A DNA stretch of 64,000 nucleotides, taken from the NCBI GenBank assembly GCA_003508595.1, contig DNUF01000128.1:21069-85068 (forward strand), in the 5' to 3' direction. The number at the start of each line of letters is the position of its first letter. Position 1 is the stretch's first letter. Shown piece by piece: positions 7,947 through 17,552 of the stretch. The notes beneath the pieces are model-generated. The model worked only from the letters and a program-made list of their open reading frames with translations. It was not told the origin of the DNA and did not search any database. Source of the DNA: Planctomycetaceae bacterium. GTDB taxonomy: Bacteria > Planctomycetota > Planctomycetia > Planctomycetales > Planctomycetaceae. A program made the position numbers and the translations under genes.

Positions 7947-10529
7947 TCAGTCAAACTCGAGGGTCCCACGGGTGATCCCCACCTGGTTGATCACCTGCAA
8001 TTCATGCCAGACGCGGGGGCCCCGGGCCTTGCCGGCGAGGACCAGCGCGTACTGGGTCAGCAGGGCCTGCGTTTCGGATGTCGTTTCCCGCAGAAGTTCG
8101 ACGCGGAAGAGTTCGACTCCCAACCCCATCAGCCGGGGGACATATGGGGCCGCCGACTGGGCCCGGGCATTGAAGACCGTATTCCGGCAACCGACATCGG
8201 CCACCAACGGGTGAGATTCCCCCACATGGTCCTGCAAATCGACCCGGTGCCGGTCGCAGGGACGGCCACACGTGTGGAAATCGGTCCCGTTCGAGAGCAC
8301 ATGCGAAAACACACAGTGTTCCATGTGGAACATCGGGATGTGCTGGTGGATCACCAGCTCGAACTTCGCAGGATCGATCCGTTCGAGCAGATCGAGCAAC
8401 TGCTCGAGGTTCAGGTCGTAGCTCGGAACGAGTCGCTCGATCCCCTCCGTCAGCAGCAGGTCGGCCGTCAGGTCATTGGCGACATTGAGGGCATAGTCTC
8501 CCCAGCGGCGCAGGTGGGGGGCGGTCTCGCGGAAATATTCCAGCCCCGCGAGGTTCCGGATCAGCACGGCATCGGGCTGACTGCGGGCCACCTGGGCCAG
8601 CAGTCCCTCTTCCGAGGGCTTGATGATTCTCGGCGTGGCGATCGCCACCGTGATCCCCGCAGAGCGGCACGCGGCCACCGCCTCACCCGACAATCGGACA
8701 TCTTCGAAATCACAGAGGACTGAATCGATTGATGTCAGCCCTTCGTCCGGTCGCCAGGCTAGAACTGCCTCAACCTGTTCCAGGGATCGGCACAAAACCG
8801 ACAGTCGGGGGGCGACGGGAGTCCCGGGTTGCCGTGACGGCCAGCGTTGAGTCACCTGCTGTCGCAGACGGGCCAGGGCTCCCCGGTCGATTTCCACCTC
8901 TGCCGGAACCAGACGGACCTGCTCGAGGGCCGCCACCGACTGCCTGCGCAGCTCGTTGAGCACACTCTTGGGCACCATCACCGGCAGGCTGTCGACCGAC
9001 TGAGTCGTTCCGTCCGGACCGGGTTGGAGGAATTCGATCGCGGCCAGGTGAAAAGGGGTGTTTCCCAGGCGACCAAACTGCTCGGCCACAAGTTCGCGGG
9101 TGAGGTGATGTTTCCGGGCGGCCTCGACCGGTTGCGGAGTGGAGACTTCAACCTGGTGCCCGAACCCGTCGGAGACCTGCACCCGCAGAGCCTGGCCTGC
9201 GACTCCCTGGAACCGGACCTGCAGCGGAATCCGCTGCCGGGTGACATTCGGAGCGTAAGAACGCTCCAGCCGGCGACGCAATGACGGGTCATCCGTCCGC
9301 CACACCATCGCTCCCCGGGCGATCGCCCCGAGATTGAGGTCTCCCCGTCCAAAGGCCAGGGCCACCAGCCGGACTCCCGACCGGGTCAGTTCGCGCACTT
9401 CGAACACGCGCCCCCCCTGTTCGTCCTGCTCGGGATGTCCCTCGTCGAAGACAAGTCCATCGCCCGGCTTGACCGGCAGACCGCTGAGGTCCTGGTGGGA
9501 GTCTGACAGCCGGACCAGCACCTCTCCCCCCATCACCGAATCGACCGTCCCCAGATGCACTCCACGATGCTTGGGAAATCGACCCTGCACAAGTTCCTGG
9601 TGATTGACCCCGCTGAGGAACCCGTGGGTGAACCCCCGCGAGAAACTCTGCGCCAGGTCGAGTTGCTGCTGCGGATCGAGTGCAAAGGGCTGACGTTGTG
9701 CGGCCGCATCGAGTGCCGCCCGATACGTCTGCGTGGTCGCCGCCACGTAGTGGGGACTCTTCAGCCGCCCCTCGATCTTCAGGCTGCACACCCCCGCCTC
9801 GGTCAGTGAAGGAACCAGGTCCCAGGCCGACAGGTCCTGCGGACTGAGCAGATAGGCCTTGTCCCCCAGGTCACGGTGCGCTCCATCGACGAAGAGCTGA
9901 TAGGGTTGCCGGCATGCCTGGGCGCATTGCCCCCGGTTCGCACTCCGCCCACCCAGCGATTCGCTCGTCAGGCATTGCCCGCTGTAGGCGACACACAGGG
10001 CTCCATGGACAAACACCTCGATCGGCAGGCTGGTCCCCTGGCGGATCCGGGCAATCTCGTCAATCGACAACTCCCGTGCCACAATCACCCGTTCGATCCC
10101 GAGGCGACGGACAAATTCGATCCCCCGCCACTCCGTCAGGGTCATCTGGGTCGAACCATGCACGGCAAACGTGGGTGATAGCGCCCGCACCAGTCGGGCA
10201 ATCCCAAGGTCCTGCACAATGACGGCATCGGCACCCGCCTCAATCACCCGCGCGAGATAATCCGCCGCGCGTTCGAGTTCTCCCGCAAACACCAGTGTGT
10301 TGAACGTGACATAGCCTCGCACACCATTCCCGTGGAGGAACTCCATGGTCGCAGCGAGCGAATCGAGTGTGAAATTCGTCGCCCGGTGTCGGGCATTAAA
10401 GTCGTCCAACCCGAAATAGACCGCATCCGCTCCATTGGCGACGGCAGCCCGCAGGGCATCGGCATCCCCAGCAGGGGCCAGCAATTCAGGGACGGCGACA
10501 GGGGAGGGGGAAACAGCAGAGACAGTCAA
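7947..10529 (-). CDS. peptidase U32 family protein (long form)
   Basis: 860 aa. The N-terminus PELLAPAGD...AVANGADAVYFG and the segments VHGALCVAYSGQCL and SANRGQCAQACR are hallmark U32 motifs. The only start candidate upstream of PELLAPAG is TTG at 10527-10529. Confidence 0.85.
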   Translation of the reverse strand: MTVSAVSPSPVAVPELLAPAGDADALRAAVANGADAVYFGLDDFNARHRATNFTLDSLAATMEFLHGNGVRGYVTFNTLVFAGELERAADYLARVIEAGADAVIVQDLGIARLVRALSPTFAVHGSTQMTLTEWRGIEFVRRLGIERVIVARELSIDEIARIRQGTSLPIEVFVHGALCVAYSGQCLTSESLGGRSANRGQCAQACRQPYQLFVDGAHRDLGDKAYLLSPQDLSAWDLVPSLTEAGVCSLKIEGRLKSPHYVAATTQTYRAALDAAAQRQPFALDPQQQLDLAQSFSRGFTHGFLSGVNHQELVQGRFPKHRGVHLGTVDSVMGGEVLVRLSDSHQDLSGLPVKPGDGLVFDEGHPEQDEQGGRVFEVRELTRSGVRLVALAFGRGDLNLGAIARGAMVWRTDDPSLRRRLERSYAPNVTRQRIPLQVRFQGVAGQALRVQVSDGFGHQVEVSTPQPVEAARKHHLTRELVAEQFGRLGNTPFHLAAIEFLQPGPDGTTQSVDSLPVMVPKSVLNELRRQSVAALEQVRLVPAEVEIDRGALARLRQQVTQRWPSRQPGTPVAPRLSVLCRSLEQVEAVLAWRPDEGLTSIDSVLCDFEDVRLSGEAVAACRSAGITVAIATPRIIKPSEEGLLAQVARSQPDAVLIRNLAGLEYFRETAPHLRRWGDYALNVANDLTADLLLTEGIERLVPSYDLNLEQLLDLLERIDPAKFELVIHQHIPMFHMEHCVFSHVLSNGTDFHTCGRPCDRHRVDLQDHVGESHPLVADVGCRNTVFNARAQSAAPYVPRLMGLGVELFRVELLRETTSETQALLTQYALVLAGKARGPRVWHELQVINQVGITRGTLEFD

Positions 10530-10654
10530 GGCAGACTCTTGGGGATGAAATCGGGGAACCCGGCCCCTCCCATCATACAGGCTTTCTCGCGAGGGGGACT
10601 CGCAGGCATCCCGTTTTCTTGCCGATCAACCCGGGATTTGGACCCATTCCCCGT

Positions 10655-11431
10655 TCAGTCTTCCAGAAATTCTTCCGGTGAGTACGGCTCGACCAGGGGC
10701 TCCTTCGCCTGCAATTCCCAGGTGCGAACACAATTGCGGTACTTGGAAACCCCTACGGGAGCGAGTTCCAGCGACTCGATCAGTCTCTGGACCAGTGCCG
10801 GCATCACTCCGCGGAACTTGAACTCGCAGATGCCGAGGTTCACGAGGAATGGCCGCTGGTCAGCCGGACGACTCAGCGACCATTCGTCCACGGGTGAACC
10901 GGTCAGATTGCGGTCAATCGTCGCCCGGACCGTCCCTTCCGGAAGAATGCCGTACCACGCCTCGCGGTCATATTCGACGAGGCAGACGGGAGACATTTGG
11001 CAACGCCGCAATTGCTGGTGAAAACGGAAGCCCCCCCACCCTTCGTCGGGACGCCCTCCAAACCGACCGATGTCAGCGAGGGGAACCTGGGTGCGCAGCT
11101 TGCGGACAACCGTTCCTCGTTTGAGCTTCCGCTCAAGAAACATTTCGGCAGAGTCGCCATATTGCCGAAGGCGGAACTTCATCAACCCAAACCTTCCCCG
11201 TCGACGGAAGACATGCCGTTCCGGGGTGTCGCAGTACAGTGTCGTGATGTGATAGGAGCCTTCCGGCCCCGCATGCGGATCGACCATCAATTGTTCGGCC
11301 AGCAGGCCTGCCAGCCGATTCGCCTGGTCCACGGTCGCCAGGAACTTCAGTTCGTACGATGGCAAACGGTCGGCCGGCCGCATCTTCAACGAAGGAGACT
11401 GGGCAGCCAGCAGATCAGTGGGGTTGGACAT
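10655..11431 (-). CDS. VTC (polyphosphate polymerase-like, CYTH-like) domain protein
   Basis: 258 aa counted from ATG 11429-11431. The pattern YELKFL...YHITTLYCDTPE...FRLRQY...FLERKLK...LVEYDREAW matches bacterial VTC domain proteins. Confidence 0.65.
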   Translation of the reverse strand: MSNPTDLLAAQSPSLKMRPADRLPSYELKFLATVDQANRLAGLLAEQLMVDPHAGPEGSYHITTLYCDTPERHVFRRRGRFGLMKFRLRQYGDSAEMFLERKLKRGTVVRKLRTQVPLADIGRFGGRPDEGWGGFRFHQQLRRCQMSPVCLVEYDREAWYGILPEGTVRATIDRNLTGSPVDEWSLSRPADQRPFLVNLGICEFKFRGVMPALVQRLIESLELAPVGVSKYRNCVRTWELQAKEPLVEPYSPEEFLED

Positions 11432-11958
11432 GACAGACCTGTGATTTCGAAATGACCCGTGACGGTGAGCCTGTCCGGTCCCGTCCGTGGCCCGGGAAGC
11501 AGAGAACAACCTCCCGACTTCACCATTTCTTCACAGAGGAGAGTCGCTGTCAATCCCCAGAAACCGCCGAACGAACTTCGTTGGCCGAGATCTTGTCGAA
11601 GGCAACGGGACTCACGCAAGTACAGTGCCCCCAAACGAGATTGAGCCCTCGAAGCCAGCAGCGAATGCCGTCCGCCAGAGCTCCAGTGACTCCCGCCACG
11701 ATCTGCGCAATCATTGCCAATCCGGGGACAAGGCTGGCCGCCCCGCTGTTGGGTGGCAGGAGACGCCCTGTTCGGTCGGCCGATTCGCGAATCACGCTCC
11801 GCTGCCCCGCAGACCTGCCCCCCCGCCGGAGGCTGGCACTCCTGGCAGATTCAGTTGTTTCTCAACCCTGTTGTGGTAGCCTACGGACACTGTCTGGTTA
11901 TTTCGCACATTCCCATTTGTGACCCCCAACGGTCATCCTTGCCGCGAGGTCCTGCTCC

Positions 11959-13545
11959 ATGACAAATCCGACCGACTTGCCGACAGAAGCTGTCTTCGAG
12001 GCGATTCGCCAGGGGATGCGTCAAGTGCATAGCGAGGTGGGGCTGGCGCAGCGTGACCAGCATCCCCGAGCGATTGGTGTGGTAAGGGCGCGATTCGAAG
12101 TGGCTGATGTGCCCGCGGAGTACGCCCTCGGGCTGTTTGCCGGTCGACGCGTATTTGACGCCTGGATCCGGTTTTCCAATGGGAAAGAACTGCATGATGA
12201 CCGGCAACCCGATGTGCATGGCATGGCGATCCAGGTGCTGGATGTCCCTGGACAGCGCCAGGGGGGAGATCCGCTTCGATCCCTTTGCCAGGATTTTGTG
12301 CTGGTCGATCATCCGGTTTTTTTCGCCCGCGACGCCCGCCATTTCCTGGAATTCCTTGAACTGAAGGGGCGGCAGGCGAAAGAGCTTTCGGGGGCGGCCG
12401 GCAATCCCTCCGAACTGACCTCCCTCAAACAACGTCAGTTGCGGGAGATGATCGGGGGTTTTCCAGTGCTCACACATTTCTTTTCACAACCGGAGAACGT
12501 CCTCGCGTCGACCTACTCGAGCCAGACGCCGTTTCAATTTGGCCCGATGGCCGGTCGGTGGTTTGCCAAACCGCTCCCCGGAGAAACGCCCTTGCCCGTG
12601 GGACAAGACACTCCGCACAGGCTCTCGGAAGCCCTGCAGGCCAGCCTGTCGACCGGTTGCGAAGTCCGGTTTGCGTTTGGAATCCAACTGCAATCCGACC
12701 TGCAACGCATGCCTCTCGAAGATGCGACTGACCCGTGGACGGGAGCACCGCAAATCACCCTGGCAACCATCACCATCCCGCCACAGGAGATTGCTGGCGA
12801 AATCCCGGCTCAGTTTGCCGAAGCCCTCGAGTTCAACCCCTGGCATGCCCTGGTCGAGCACCTTCCCCTCGGCAGCATCAACCAGGTTCGCCGGCTGGCG
12901 TATGCCGACAGTCAGCAGGCCCGGCGCAAAGCCCGACAACTCCCCGAGACCAGGACCGGGGAAGCGAATCGGGCGATGCTGCAGCGATTTTTCGAATGCT
13001 TCGCCAAACGGGATGCGATGGGAATGCGGGCCTGCCTGCATCCGGATGTCGAATTTCAGGACATCGGTTTTGATCTGCGAGGGGACGAAGTCGGCGCCAT
13101 GTGGTCGATGATCACCACCCCCAAGCATCCAGATCAGGTCCAGCACCCGATCCAGGTTCAACTCCACAGCAGCACGGTCACAGGTTCCACCGGGGAAGCC
13201 CACTGGTCGTGCCAGTACCTGCTGATTCCCGACAAGGGGGGAGCGCCCCTTCCCATTGAAAATACAACCACATCGAAGTTCGAATTCGTGGACGGACTGA
13301 TCCGCCGACAACACGATGACTGCGATTTCTGGAAGTGGTTCCGGCAGGTCAAAAAGGAATTTTGGATCGGCGACATAATGAGCTGGATCGACCAACTCGA
13401 AGACTGGCTCGAAAAGGCGACCGGCCTCGATGTTCCACCGGATATCGAACAAAAGGCCCGCCATGGCGTTCGCCAGACAGCACGTCGCAAGCTCGACGAG
13501 TTCCTCATGTCGAATCCCTTCGCGCGGTACACCAGGGAGAGTTGA
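11959..13545 (+). CDS. catalase-related heme protein fused to a SnoaL/NTF2-like domain
   Basis: The N-terminal ~340 aa carry a distal-His segment (QRDQHPRAIGVVRARFEV) and a proximal-Tyr segment (RRLAYADSQQARR), as in catalase-core proteins. The C-terminal ~170 aa (NRAMLQRFFECFAKRDAMGMRACLHPDVEFQD...) look SnoaL-like. Confidence 0.6.
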   Translation: MTNPTDLPTEAVFEAIRQGMRQVHSEVGLAQRDQHPRAIGVVRARFEVADVPAEYALGLFAGRRVFDAWIRFSNGKELHDDRQPDVHGMAIQVLDVPGQRQGGDPLRSLCQDFVLVDHPVFFARDARHFLEFLELKGRQAKELSGAAGNPSELTSLKQRQLREMIGGFPVLTHFFSQPENVLASTYSSQTPFQFGPMAGRWFAKPLPGETPLPVGQDTPHRLSEALQASLSTGCEVRFAFGIQLQSDLQRMPLEDATDPWTGAPQITLATITIPPQEIAGEIPAQFAEALEFNPWHALVEHLPLGSINQVRRLAYADSQQARRKARQLPETRTGEANRAMLQRFFECFAKRDAMGMRACLHPDVEFQDIGFDLRGDEVGAMWSMITTPKHPDQVQHPIQVQLHSSTVTGSTGEAHWSCQYLLIPDKGGAPLPIENTTTSKFEFVDGLIRRQHDDCDFWKWFRQVKKEFWIGDIMSWIDQLEDWLEKATGLDVPPDIEQKARHGVRQTARRKLDEFLMSNPFARYTRES

Positions 13546-13640
13546 CCGTCCGGGAACCGCAGCCCGCCAGCCCTCACCAGCAGCCACACAACGAGCGGCA
13601 GGGATGTCGTTTCCACCGTCCGGGTCGATCCCCTGCGGCG

Positions 13641-14549
13641 TCACGATGTGACCGTGGTGGTCGTCGATTCTTTTGTCTCTACGGTAGGCCCAGTCCCAGC
13701 CCCAGCCCCTCGCCCTTCGATGGCGATCGCCAGAGCGCTGATGCACTGCTCGTAATCGCGCAGGGCCTCTTCGAACATGGCTGCCGTTGCGGGCCGGCGT
13801 CCAAACCCGACCGGCAGGTACAGTCCCACCAGGTGCTGGAAGGGCTCCCCCCCCTGCGGAACCCGACGCAGGACCCGACGATAGTCGCGATAAGTCAGCC
13901 CCTTGCGGAACCGGATCAGTCCGTGCCGCTCGGTCGCACTCAGCGTTCCCAGCAGCAGTTGGGCCATCGCCTCCGACCACACACCATTGGCCGCGGCCAG
14001 GCGGGCGCGACGCAGGTATTCATCCGCAGGGATCTCCCCCGGGGGAGTCGATCCAATCGGAACATTCAGCGACGGGATTTTGTTGATCTGCTCAATCCGA
14101 CGGGCACGCCAATTGTTGACCGCCCTGATGATCAACCAGACGATCAACGACACCAGGATCGCCCCAACGATCACGGGGAGCCATTTGAGGAACTCCACCA
14201 TCCCCGACCCCACCGGGCCGAGATTCCAGTCGGGTGACAGGCTTTGCAACCATTCGAGGAACCGATCAAACAAGGTGACTGTCGGTCGATTCAGTGGCTC
14301 CAGTTCCAGACGCAAGCGGTCGAATTCCGGCTGTTGCAGAACCTGGTCGAGTTGCCGGCGGATCTCCTCAGGATCGACCCCGTCCTCCTGCGCCAGCACT
14401 GCCGACAGGCTCGCCCAGAAGCCGATCCCTCCCAGGAGCAGTCTCCGTCCCCACCCGTTGAAACCGTGGAGGAATCGTCGGCGTGCGGAACAGCGACCGG
14501 AACCTGGCCGAAAGTCGGGGCGATTGCGGTCCCGGATGTTCGGAAACAT
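13641..14549 (-). CDS. DUF4129 domain membrane protein
   Basis: The start ATG at 14547-14549 lies 2 nt after the upstream stop. It has two hydrophobic segments and a C-terminal GLIRFRKGLTYRDYRRVL segment typical of DUF4129. It is the last gene of the RDD operon. Confidence 0.7.
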   Translation of the reverse strand: MFPNIRDRNRPDFRPGSGRCSARRRFLHGFNGWGRRLLLGGIGFWASLSAVLAQEDGVDPEEIRRQLDQVLQQPEFDRLRLELEPLNRPTVTLFDRFLEWLQSLSPDWNLGPVGSGMVEFLKWLPVIVGAILVSLIVWLIIRAVNNWRARRIEQINKIPSLNVPIGSTPPGEIPADEYLRRARLAAANGVWSEAMAQLLLGTLSATERHGLIRFRKGLTYRDYRRVLRRVPQGGEPFQHLVGLYLPVGFGRRPATAAMFEEALRDYEQCISALAIAIEGRGAGAGTGPTVETKESTTTTVTS

Positions 14550-14551
14550 GC

Positions 14552-15418
14552 TCACTGAGGTCTCCCCGGCACACCGGTCCACAGGCGTTCGGATTCCCGA
14601 CGCAGTTTCAGTTCGACATCCCAGCAATCGTCCCGAACCCGCAGATCGAGATAACAGAGGAACCAGGTGATCCTCAGATAGACAAACACAAACAGGCCGA
14701 TCGCCACCTCGACCATGAGGACCACGGGATCTTTCCACAGGAACTTGAAGACCGCGATCAGCACTTCCCTGTTCTCGCTGGCGTAGGCAGTGTCCAAACC
14801 CAGCCGTCCCATCAGCAATGGAGTGCCCAACAGCCAGTTGGAAGCGAAATCCGCTGTCAGCAGCAGCATGCTCCACAGCATCACCCCATAACCGGCCAGT
14901 GAAAACCAGAGCGACATCACGCGGGATGATTCGAGGTCAAGCAGCTTGGTCGACCGCTCGCCATGCAGCACCGGATCGATGTTCCGCAAGATACGAGCCT
15001 CGGTGCGGAACGGCCACCGGCTGACCAACAATACGCCGGGCAAGACCAACATCGCCAACGCGAACATTTCCACGCTGCGTCGAAAACAGCGTTGCAGCAG
15101 GAACCACCAGGGACGTGGCCCCAGCCGCCGGCAGGCTCCCGCCACAGAGACCGGTTCACCAAACATCAACTGTCCCGTGAGGGACGCCACCAGGGTCCCG
15201 AGGAATCCACTGGCCACAACCGCCGCCACGAGTGCCCGGGGCCACGTCCAGTCGAACACGCGGCCGGTCGTGGCAATCAAGACCAACACCGGCAGACAAC
15301 ACCAACACCAGGCGGCCAGATACCCCCGAAACCCACTGCGCAGAAGCAGCAGTGCCAGATCCAGGTTGTTCCCCAGGGTCCGCGGAGTGAGGGGAATGTG
15401 GCTTTCAGGGGGACTCAC
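14552..15418 (-). CDS. polytopic membrane protein, function unknown
   Basis: The GTG start (15416-15418) overlaps the upstream TGA (15415-15417) as GTGA. The protein has multiple hydrophobic helices. The part of ORF 14552..15610 upstream of the GTG overlaps the preceding gene, so I excluded it. Confidence 0.7.
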   Translation of the reverse strand: MSPPESHIPLTPRTLGNNLDLALLLLRSGFRGYLAAWCWCCLPVLVLIATTGRVFDWTWPRALVAAVVASGFLGTLVASLTGQLMFGEPVSVAGACRRLGPRPWWFLLQRCFRRSVEMFALAMLVLPGVLLVSRWPFRTEARILRNIDPVLHGERSTKLLDLESSRVMSLWFSLAGYGVMLWSMLLLTADFASNWLLGTPLLMGRLGLDTAYASENREVLIAVFKFLWKDPVVLMVEVAIGLFVFVYLRITWFLCYLDLRVRDDCWDVELKLRRESERLWTGVPGRPQ

Positions 15419-16410
15419 GACTCGGTCTCCTCCCAGCGCCCCGAGAAAGTCAGGTAGACCGTCACAAGGATCCACAGCAGGATCCCCACGGTCACCTTGA
15501 GCAGATCCGGAATGTCGGAGGGAGACCAGAACGCCTCGATCAATGCGGCCACCAACAGCATTCCCCCCGCCCCCACGGCAATCTCGATCGCATCGCGTCC
15601 CCGTTCCCACAGCGCATCCATCCGCGATTGGCGCCCGGGGTGCAGCAGGGCATGCCCCAGGATCAACCCGGCCCCGCCCGCGACGGCAATCGCGACCAGT
15701 TCAAACGCCCCGTGCGAGATCACGAATGTCAGGAATTTCGCCTGCCGCCCGGTCCCCACCAGGTATCCCGCCATCGCTCCGATCGCAATCCCGTTGTACA
15801 GCAGCGTGTACGCGGTCCCGATCCCCAGCAGGATTCCCCGACCAAAACAGTCGAATGCGATGCTGATGTTGTGCTGGGTATAGAACCCGGCCATGACGAG
15901 TCGCTCGGAACTGTCGTCACGTGTCTTCCGCCAGCTCGATCCCGAATTTTCGTCCGGGGCTTGATAGGACTCGCCCGCCTGTTCGAGTTCCTGGAGCGAC
16001 ACGATCCGGCGGGCCAGTTCGGGCTCCGACTGCACCAGGATCCAGGTGACCGCGAGCGGACCGAAAAAGAGCAGGCAGGAGGTCACGAAGTACCAGAGAT
16101 TCCGTCGAAACACCCGCGGGAATCCACTGACCACGAAATCACGAATGGCTCTCAGCCGGGTCGGTGGTGCCCTGTAAAACGTGTTGTGTCCCCGGGTCAC
16201 CAGGTCGTTCAGGTAACCCGTCAATGACTTGCCCCAATCTCGCGACTGCACGAGTGACAGATCCTGACAGATTTCCCGGTACATGCGTGAAAACTGGCTG
16301 ACATCGTCCGATTCGACACTGCGGGGCCGCTCGGGACGGAATTGCTCCAGCAGTTTTTCAAACGCCTCCCAGTCTTGCCGTCGCCGGGCCACAAACTGCC
16401 GCTTGTTCAT
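15415..16410 (-). CDS. stage II sporulation protein M-like (DUF95) membrane protein
   Basis: 331 aa. The segments FYTQHNISIAF, LLYNGIAIGA, ISHGAFELVAIAVAGGAG and LIEAFWSP are characteristic of the SpoIIM/DUF95 family. Its start overlaps the upstream gene stop as ATGA (16407-16410). Confidence 0.75.
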   Translation of the reverse strand: MNKRQFVARRRQDWEAFEKLLEQFRPERPRSVESDDVSQFSRMYREICQDLSLVQSRDWGKSLTGYLNDLVTRGHNTFYRAPPTRLRAIRDFVVSGFPRVFRRNLWYFVTSCLLFFGPLAVTWILVQSEPELARRIVSLQELEQAGESYQAPDENSGSSWRKTRDDSSERLVMAGFYTQHNISIAFDCFGRGILLGIGTAYTLLYNGIAIGAMAGYLVGTGRQAKFLTFVISHGAFELVAIAVAGGAGLILGHALLHPGRQSRMDALWERGRDAIEIAVGAGGMLLVAALIEAFWSPSDIPDLLKVTVGILLWILVTVYLTFSGRWEETES

Positions 16411-17318
16411 CCCCTCGCCCCCATCTTTGCCACAGCCTGATCCGGGGATGCCTCGGCGGTCTCGCGCCAGTCATCGTCTGCCTCGACAGGATGGAACGTG
16501 GCATAAACCCGGGCCACAAAAGCCATGGGATAGCGTTCCACCAGGTCCTGTGAACCGCGATAGTCCAGTCGGCGCGACAGGACGCGGGCCAGATCCCTGC
16601 ACAGGGCGTGCCCCCGACGGTAATCGAGCACCAGGCGGCGTTCGAGAAACTCCTCGATCAGAGCCATGGTTGACGACGGGGGAACCCAATGACCGATGTC
16701 GGCCTTTGCAAGCGGTTCGATCTTCGAAAGGATGATCGGCTCCCGGGGGACCTTCACCGTCCGTTCCTGGACCACAATGGTCTGCCCCGCCAGGTCGCCC
16801 AGACGACGGAACCGGCCGGTCACCAGCATCGTCAACCAGGCAACCCCATAAACCCCGAGGCTCAGTCTGCCCCCCAGCAGGTAGGGGGCGGCATCCATCG
16901 CCCGCACGAAATTCCGGACAGTCGCCTCCCACGGCGAGATCGGGTAACCCGCTTCGTGGATCACCCGCAGGCCAAACATCTTCTTGCCCGGTGTCTGGCC
17001 GCGAAAAAACCCCTCGCACAGCGTGAAATACAGCCAGTCCAGCAGGAAGTAGAGGACCAACAGAGTTGCGAACCGAAGCGCGGCCAGGTTCAGGCCGAAC
17101 GGGACGGCCACCAGGCTGACGATCGCGAACAACCCGATCCGAACCAACAGGTCCATCAGAAAGGCCCCGAGCCGTGAACCGGGACCCGCCAACTGAAACG
17201 TCAACACGACGTTCTCGGGCGTGACCACCACGTGATCCAGCGTGGTCTCGGAATTTGGGGCGACTGCGTTCGAAGGGGCCATGACTTGAGCATAATCGCG
17301 CCACTTCGGTGACGCCAT
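16407..17318 (-). CDS. RDD family membrane protein
   Basis: RDD-type core (RLGAFLMDLLVR...TPGKKMFGLRVI...RLGDLAGQTIVV). It is the first gene of a four-gene minus-strand operon. I chose the ATG at 17316-17318; the ORF track starts at a TTG at 17333. Confidence 0.75.
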   Translation of the reverse strand: MASPKWRDYAQVMAPSNAVAPNSETTLDHVVVTPENVVLTFQLAGPGSRLGAFLMDLLVRIGLFAIVSLVAVPFGLNLAALRFATLLVLYFLLDWLYFTLCEGFFRGQTPGKKMFGLRVIHEAGYPISPWEATVRNFVRAMDAAPYLLGGRLSLGVYGVAWLTMLVTGRFRRLGDLAGQTIVVQERTVKVPREPIILSKIEPLAKADIGHWVPPSSTMALIEEFLERRLVLDYRRGHALCRDLARVLSRRLDYRGSQDLVERYPMAFVARVYATFHPVEADDDWRETAEASPDQAVAKMGARG

Positions 17319-17481
17319 CTGAGCTTCGCTCAACCCCCAGGACCGCCCGCCGACTCAGATTCATTCCGGGCACGGCGACCATGGATCCCGTGATGTCGGG
17401 ACACGTCGTCTGAACGACACCTGTTTCACCCCGACAGTGGATCAGTCAGGAGAGTTTTCGTGCCGTGATTTTCGCCGCTGC

Positions 17482-17519
17482 AAAAAACAACCGGGCCGGC
17501 AGTTGTCTGCCGGCCCGGT
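17482..17519 (-). terminator. rho-independent terminator of the upstream PSCyt/PSD gene
   Basis: Perfect 13 bp stem ACCGGGCCGGCAG (17490-17502) / CTGCCGGCCCGGT (17507-17519) with a 4 nt loop. On the minus strand it is followed by T6 (complement of A6 at 17482-17487). It lies 34 nt after the stop at 17553. Confidence 0.8.
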
Positions 17520-17552
17520 CAACTCCATGCCCTTTCCAGGCAACTCAGGCGA

